Source of the DNA: Botryllus schlosseri
Taxonomy: Eukaryota
Reading direction: 5' to 3'
Assembly (NCBI GenBank): GCA_051294905.1
Contig: CM119379.1
Location: forward strand, 20,460,001 to 20,524,000
Length of the DNA: 64,000 nucleotides
Shown here: positions 58,201 to 64,000 of the stretch, in pieces
How positions within the stretch are numbered: position 1 is the first letter of the stretch
Layout: every line of letters begins with the position of its first letter
Notes under the pieces: model-generated
Seen by the model: the letters and a program-made list of their open reading frames with translations, nothing else
Database searches by the model: none
Told to the model about the DNA's origin: nothing
Program-made: the position numbers and the translations under genes

Positions 58201-61200
58201 AAACGGAAACAATTTCGACCGGACGAAACGCGCCAAATCGGACTATATCCACCAGAACGACGACGATTTCCAGCAGCAGTATCTGGCGAGCTTCAGAGAA
58301 GCGCAGTCCAAGGAAAACCGAGCGTTTCGCGCCCCGAGACAGCATAGGCCTCAGTCCGGAAAATCTACTAACAGCAGCAACGGTGGCACTCCGAGACGTG
58401 CGATTCCAAGATCTGCGGTTTCGCCTAACGATGTGTTTTCGCCGATATCGAACGAATCTTCTGCCAGAAGTAATCGTAACGGACAAGGCCAGGTAATTGT
58501 AGTTGTCGGCCTTGCTGCTCAAGTACAAGTAGAAATAATGCCATAAATTTCTAGTCAGTTACAAATAGAAGTAGTGATTTCCAAGACATTTCGAAACTAC
58601 AGGTCGAAAAGATTTTAAAAGTGATCTGATTGTCACCCGCTGCAATGCACTTTATCATCAGCGGTGGTTAATAATTTTTTTCCCCCAAATAGGTTTTCCG
58701 GTACGACACGCCGCCTAGCAGCACTCTATCGCCTAATCCGGCTGCTCACCGCCCGCACGCGTTGCCATATTCACCCACAAGTCCCGGTGGCAGCATCGAA
58801 GTGAAGCATGTGAACACGGTATGATAATTTTTGGACGTGCTCTATCTATTTTGAAAATTAAGTGAGACAATCGGACAAGACAGTGTTATTTCAAGTAAAA
58901 ATACTAGCCCTATCCGAAATAAATTCACTCCGGTTTCGAATCAGGGAACAGCAGCAGCCTGCCGAGTTTGTGAAATCGCACATCCGAGAGACTTCTCTCT
59001 CTCTCTGTCTCTGGTGGTTACTCCACATTAGTGCCCAGGCTTTTTAAGATCCCACTATTGGTTACTCGTGTTATTTTTGTTACCAATCGTAATGTAGCCC
59101 ACAGAATTATATTGTATCAAAACAGAAGATTCAATATCCTTGATTCAACGAAACTAGGAAGGGTTATTGATATATTTTTTGTATTCTTCGCTGAAAATCC
59201 AGTGCTGTATAGTTTTGGAATTAGGGATCGATTCTTGTTTTGAATGTATTATGGTTTGCGGTTTGAAAATGAGTGATTTGTTATGCTGCTTTCTGTTCTT
59301 TTTCAAAATATTTTTAACCTGTAGTAAACATTTGAATGATAGTTATTATTCAACATTCAATATTTAGACACCATCCTTTACTATACTATGCGATTGTTAC
59401 TGGAATATTACTGCTGACTAGTTTGTGTTTAGTTTTGTTGAATTCATGAGGTCAGGGAGTACGTCGTTTAGTCTCATTCACACATGACTTAGTAAGCCTA
59501 TTCAATTTTATTCCAGGGTCAATTGCGCGGTTTTGTTCTGTCTGCGAAATCGCCCCAGTCGCAGCTGCCTCCGCCTCAAAGACAGACGCCATTAAAGGTA
59601 ACGGAGGAGTGGCTTGTTGAGTCGAATTATGTCGTCACTGTCCGTTTCTATCTCGAGTGTCATCAAATGATTTGAAGTGTGAAAAGAATTTTGTTTCCGC
59701 CGCCCACGTTCACAATTAGCGACACTCGAATGATGATGTCATGATATATTCGTTGTGTTCATGTTGTCATGGTGTGGGGCGAGCTGTATCTAAAGAATTA
59801 TGAGTTAACATTTCCATATGATACTCCACCTTAAAACAGGTGCTACCCCCTTAAAAATATCTACATACCGGATATTCTAAGAAAGTCTTCATCCATTTTA
59901 AAATCTATATTTTGTCATCATTCATCCGTATCCGTGTCATGATAAATTGAAACATATATTGTTATATTGTAACATATATTGTTATTACAGTCGAGCGATA
60001 ATATTCCAAGGAACGCGACTCGCCACGTTGCCAACGACAGAGACATTGAGGTAAAACAGATTGTTGTCGCTATTCGACTCAGCGCTAACTGTTGGTAACT
60101 TACGTTTAGGCCAAATTGAAGAAATTGACGCAACTGGAGAATAAGTTTCAGCAACTATGCGACGATGTCAACAGCAGTCTCTCGGAGAAAGAAAGATTGA
60201 CAGCCGATTTATCTATAGCTCGCTCGAAACGGCAGACCCGATACTCATCAGGTGAAGATATTTGTCATATTGAAACGCTGTCTGGATTAGCCCGCCTGGT
60301 TTCCAACGCACTCCGAGTATGTCATACCCGTGTACAATTTACATGTTGAAATAGTACTTTTGAAGCCAGGCTCTAACTACAATGATTCAAATGCATGGTG
60401 CATGCACCTTTTGAAAGTTATTTCGCCTGTGTGTAATGTCTGTCGGTACACTTCAGACTTGTATTTACATGAATCTCTTGACTTGTAAAATGTTAACACC
60501 AAGTATTTAATACTAAATTGCCAGTAGCTATACGGTACTCAATGATTGCGCTATTGGTGTCCGCACTTCACTTGTCAGAATGTATCTGAATCTAAGCTCC
60601 GACTTCTTTCTGACAGGCTCCAGCCCCGGAGATTCAGGCATACATCGCCTCGAGCAGCAACTGGGAACTGTCAAAGCTCAGCTTGCTAACGCAACCGAGG
60701 TGGTTTTCTTTTCTAACAAATTTCCAACTGTGACGTCCTTGAACTGCGCTTGTGTTTTCAGAAACTTGATGAGATGAAACGCAATGCCGGTGGTTTCGAA
60801 GTTGAGATCAGAAGGTTGAAGTCAAACGTATTCGAAGAGTTGAAGAATATTCGGTATGAAATAGATACTTATTCGACAAATGTTGTTCAACTATGTGATC
60901 AGAACAACGGCAGCATATATGAGAATATGCGCGTATCCAGAATGACGATTGAGAGACGGTTGCCAAAACATGTTGAAGTATCTCCCCGTAATGCATTGAA
61001 CGCATCTTCCTCTATGTTTCCTTGTGCCTGAAAATGTGTTTGCGTGACAGAGCCCTGTCTGACGACGTGTACAACACTGCTACCAGACAAGACAAGGATA
61101 CGAAAAGGAAATTGGAGTGGGAATTAGGGAGAGTCGAATTCATACTCGAAGGCATTAATAACCTGAAGTCTGCCATCTCCGATAAACTTGACGATATCAT

Positions 61201-64000
61201 CGCAAACAGAGGTAATTAACCTGCATTGGTGCGGTGGTACATGCAATGTCTCATCTACTTGTCACCATATTTTGCATGTAGATTTCTTTTACTTGTTGTG
61301 ACCTCATGTTTTGAAATATTTATTGCTCAATAAGCTGCCAGACACTCTACTAGGGAGGTTTGTGACAATATTTTAATTTTTTGTGGTGATAGGATGATTT
61401 TAAAACTTTGATCGGGTTTTAACCTGGTTTCAAGTGGAACTTTGAATGATATTGAATTGAAAATATCGTATCTGTAGTCGAAACATCCTGGTGTTGTTTG
61501 TTTGGTGTTGGCAAAAGATTAGAGTGTCTTCAATTACATTCATATTTTACTTTACAGACCAAGAAAGCCTATTGGTATCTCCTACGTCTCCTCCTAGCAC
61601 GTTATCTGCAAACGGAAGGTAATGTTTTGATAGTATTATCTAATATCATATCTATTATCAAAATAAAAGAGGTTTTTGCACCTTTCGAATCCCGTTATTT
61701 CAGCATTTTTTTCTTCAGGTCTCCGAGGGATGTCAAAAGAACATCGATGGAACGCCGGTCGGCTCATAACTATCCGCGGCACAGCAGCTCATCGAGTGGC
61801 GGCACCCCGAATGCCACCCCTGTCAAGAAATTTTACACCTTGCCTGGCAGAGGAGGTGAATAAATGTTACTGTTATGTCGTATTGGCATGAAAAATCGTT
61901 TTTAATGCGGTTGCAATGTAGCCTACTAGGTATTGCCCACCTCTTCCCATTTCTTGCATAATTCTAATTGCCACCCTCTACTTTGACCAGTGCCGCGGTC
62001 CACGAGCGTTGACAGCGTTACAGCAGAGAGTTTGGCCCGTCCCACATCGGCCAGGTCCATTTCGAGCATTGCGTCATCGACGGCTACCTTGCAGCGAACC
62101 AAATCGGCGTCGGAGCGACTTTTCAACAGCCAGTACGGGAATCAGAGCTCCGAAAAGGAAGCGAAAGATATGAAGAGGCTCCAGAAGGAAATTCTTCGGT
62201 AAGGCACATGAGATACCCAAGCTTAATTTTGGATTTCGGGTATGGCTTCATTTTCATCATGGAGTAACGCACATTAGTTCCTATACAGTCTTGATTTGCG
62301 TTGCGCCTAACTTTTCCAACCTTGATACGAGACCAATTTCATCAATAGCGTTTACTATGCATTTCTTTCAACACGACCTGCACAGTGCATATCGCAACAC
62401 TTATTACGTTTGTGCTCTGCAAAATCTAGTGCTCAAGTGATTTGATGACGAGTCGAGTTTAAATATGTAACCTTTTTACAGCTAAAAAGAAAATGCTGCC
62501 TGTCACACAATCGTCGAAATTAATTTTGTCTTTCTGCGTGTAGCTTGCTACCTTACAGAAAATGCAGTTGAACATGAATTTCGTAGGCTTGTGCAACATG
62601 CTTTTGATGACCAGTCAAAGTTTCGGGGCTCTCGATAAATAACACAACACGTAGTGTGAAGGGAGCAGAATTTTGCGGCAGGATAAAGGAAGAAGCACTG
62701 ATTTAACGAATGTTTTGCATCATTGCAGAAACCGTCGTAACAACCTAATGTCGGGGAACGATTCTCCTCGGCGATATCCGAATCAAGGCGGAATGACCTT
62801 GCCGGCGAGATCGCACATGAAAGTCGGAATCGATGTCCAAATGGCATTGAAGCATCACAGAATGCCCAAGGTAATACAGAAGCGTTCACAGTAGTTCAAA
62901 GTTATGCAAACATACCCCAAAACTATTTTTCACGTGACAAAATCCAAGGTTTAAAAACTATGTCGTTTTGTCTTGAATACTGCTTGGTAGAAGTGGAAGT
63001 AGTCAAAAACATGCCTTGAGTGCTCCAAAAACGTATAAGTATTTGGTTACTGACCAACTCCGAGTAATACTCAATTCCAGTTTGTGCATTTGTGAAGACC
63101 GTTCGAAACATATCGTTTCATTTCCAGGTATTGCAACGGGCAAAACGCGACAGAATCGAGGCGCAGAACCAAATGGATTTCGATATCGATGATCTGGAAC
63201 GTCAGGTACGCCGCAAACTCCGTTACTGGCATCTTATATAAATTATCTTTACCAAACATAGACATCATGTCTAATAACTCGGCTTCCGTACTTGTAGGTT
63301 ACGGGAAAAGAGAAACGCGTGCCCAGCGGCCTGTACTCGAAAGACTCTCATTTTTACAATAACCTGACTAACGACGCCGGTCAGGAATCGTCAAAAGCAG
63401 ACGTTCAAAGAGAAGATGATGTCGAATCGGATGAAATCCACGTCGACGTTAATTTAACACATCAGGTACATAATCCTTCATTCTGCTTTCAGCGGCGTTG
63501 AGAGATTATGCTGAAATCCATTATATCATCGCAACCATTCGGTGTCATCGACATTTGATTCTGTACATCCATTCCGTGTGAATACGTTTTGTGGTTTTGC
63601 GAATCGAATACATGATTAACTCTCTGCTTTTATTAATCACTGCAATATGTCACTGTCTCAATTGTGTTTATACATTGATCGTATGTTGTCTGGTTTATGT
63701 GTAATTGTGTGAAAGCCTTTCGACTACAAAGAGCAGCTTGTATTACTGATTTACTCGTAAACGAATTGATCATTTTGTAAAAAATTGCAAAATTTTCCAT
63801 AACGGAATGTTCGCCACCTGAACACCACTAACCCGCCGTTTGAACGAAACATTTCCGTCAAACGGTTGTTTCCTGTCTCTGCCTGTCACTTCTGCTTGCC
63901 GCATGCGGTTGCCTTTGCAGCTTATCGCGCCCGATAAAGTTGAGATACCCGAGCGCTACGTCGAGTATGAGAACGTGGAGCTTTCTCCGGCCGAAGAGAA
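28240..64000 (+). CDS. PLEKHA7: Pleckstrin homology domain-containing family A member 5/6/7-like (WW-WW-PH-coiled coil); 3' end beyond the window
   Basis: At least 33 phase-consistent exons (~1330 aa in window): 28240-28322, 29027-29103, 29257-29314 (WW1 LPEPWTFGVTNDGRIFFINDEEKKTTWLHP; WW2 DLPKGWEEGFT), 34478-34579, 35629-35667, 35887-35980, 36493-36528, 36828-36869, 36959-37090, 37891-37966, 38024-38124, 40624-40814 (PH: GWLYKQDSTG..KRWRKKWFVLADFCLYYYKDSKEE..GSIILPSY..MRTYYLSADS), 54788-54913, 55161-55405, 55690-55825, 56104-56244, 56669-56743, 57313-57511, 58073-58492, 58693-58818, 59517-59597, 59991-60050, 60110-60251, 60617-60699, 60762-60853, 61051-61211, 61558-61618, 61719-61855, 61991-62198, 62729-62870, 63128-63205, 63298-63465, 63921->64000 (PDKVEIPERYV motif). 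Probably co-orthologous to PLEKHA5/6/7. Confidence 0.92.
35048..35518. mobile_element. hAT-type MITE (GACTC-rich family, related to 13845-14740)
   Basis: Left TIR CAGTGTTGGGATC and degenerate right TIR GTCTCAACACAG. Perfect 8-bp TSD agtgaatc. gactcgagtca arrays. Confidence 0.85.
37255..37330. mobile_element. Fragment of the GACTC-rich MITE family
   Basis: ttgagactcaaatttt...caagtctagtcacgagtcaag resembles the family's subterminal arrays. No termini were found. Confidence 0.35.
40010..40168. repeat. Decayed palindromic MITE-like inverted repeat
   Basis: Outer arms aatgggtga...acaccaatacttgtgagatatatcccagggg versus cccctggtatatatctccataagaattggtgt...tcacccatt, plus an inner pair gtgtaccatc / ggtggtacac. 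Confidence 0.55.
44564..45041. mobile_element. hAT-type MITE, 478 bp, in the 14-kb PLEKHA intron
   Basis: TIRs TAGGGCCATTT / AAATGGCCCTA. Perfect 8-bp TSD ctaataac. Repeated atatgacttt subterminal motifs. Confidence 0.9.
46009..46324. mobile_element. Second, single-armed copy of the 4375-5019 foldback family
   Basis: Matches one arm plus the loop of the 4375-5019 element and ends in the same GAAGAGCCCTA terminus. It has small internal deletions and no partner arm nearby. Confidence 0.85.
48007..48174. repeat. Long hairpin: 78-bp inverted arms, 12-nt loop (palindromic MITE-like)
   Basis: 48007-48084 versus the reverse complement of 48097-48174 differs at 8 positions, 7 of them transitions (hand alignment). 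Confidence 0.9.
53990..54600 (-). mobile_element. Decayed LINE (L2/Crack-like clade) reverse-transcriptase fragment
   Basis: One minus-strand frame, interrupted by stops, reads KFRYIDDV...NIQNSIQ..LTCWVHN..NLK...KLRLIGVY...W...EKASYVFF. This is the expected order YxDD, Q..L..W..N, LGV, W, KA..LYFL. A QGGVIG motif lies upstream and KIE...RKILP downstream in other frames. Confidence 0.55.
57870..57985. mobile_element. Fragment of the GACTC-rich MITE family (right-end region of the 15448-16197 type)
   Basis: gacttgactcgagtcaaaaccataaaattaaaattgacttgtgactcggcacctt closely resembles 16123-16177. The TIR is missing. Confidence 0.55.

Overview
Eukaryotic (invertebrate animal) genomic DNA, AT-rich, with GT-AG introns and a prominent class of very short introns (55-62 nt). 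The taxon cannot be fixed from sequence alone. Seven protein-coding genes are supported: a CRAL-TRIO lipid-binding gene (minus strand, runs off the left edge), an intronless PIERCE1/2-like ciliary gene, an intronless AIMP3/EEF1E1, a 10-exon NOC3L, an intronless and unusually divergent H2A.Z, a single 5.5-kb ORF for a PMFBP1/CCDC18-like coiled-coil protein, and a PLEKHA5/6/7-type WW-WW-PH gene with at least 33 phase-consistent coding exons (runs off the right edge). Non-coding DNA holds many non-autonomous DNA transposons. At least eight hAT-type elements are present, seven with recognisable 8-bp target-site duplications, plus a 645-bp foldback, a TIR element carrying a 5 x 154-bp satellite array, two palindromic MITE-like hairpins and a decayed LINE reverse-transcriptase fragment. 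No rRNA, tRNA, CRISPR array or intact transposase was found. The most interesting items are the divergent H2A.Z head-to-head with the sperm-type coiled-coil gene, the satellite-carrying TIR element, and the unusual 5' architecture of the PLEKHA gene. All exon calls, alignments and family assignments were made by eye, without database searches.
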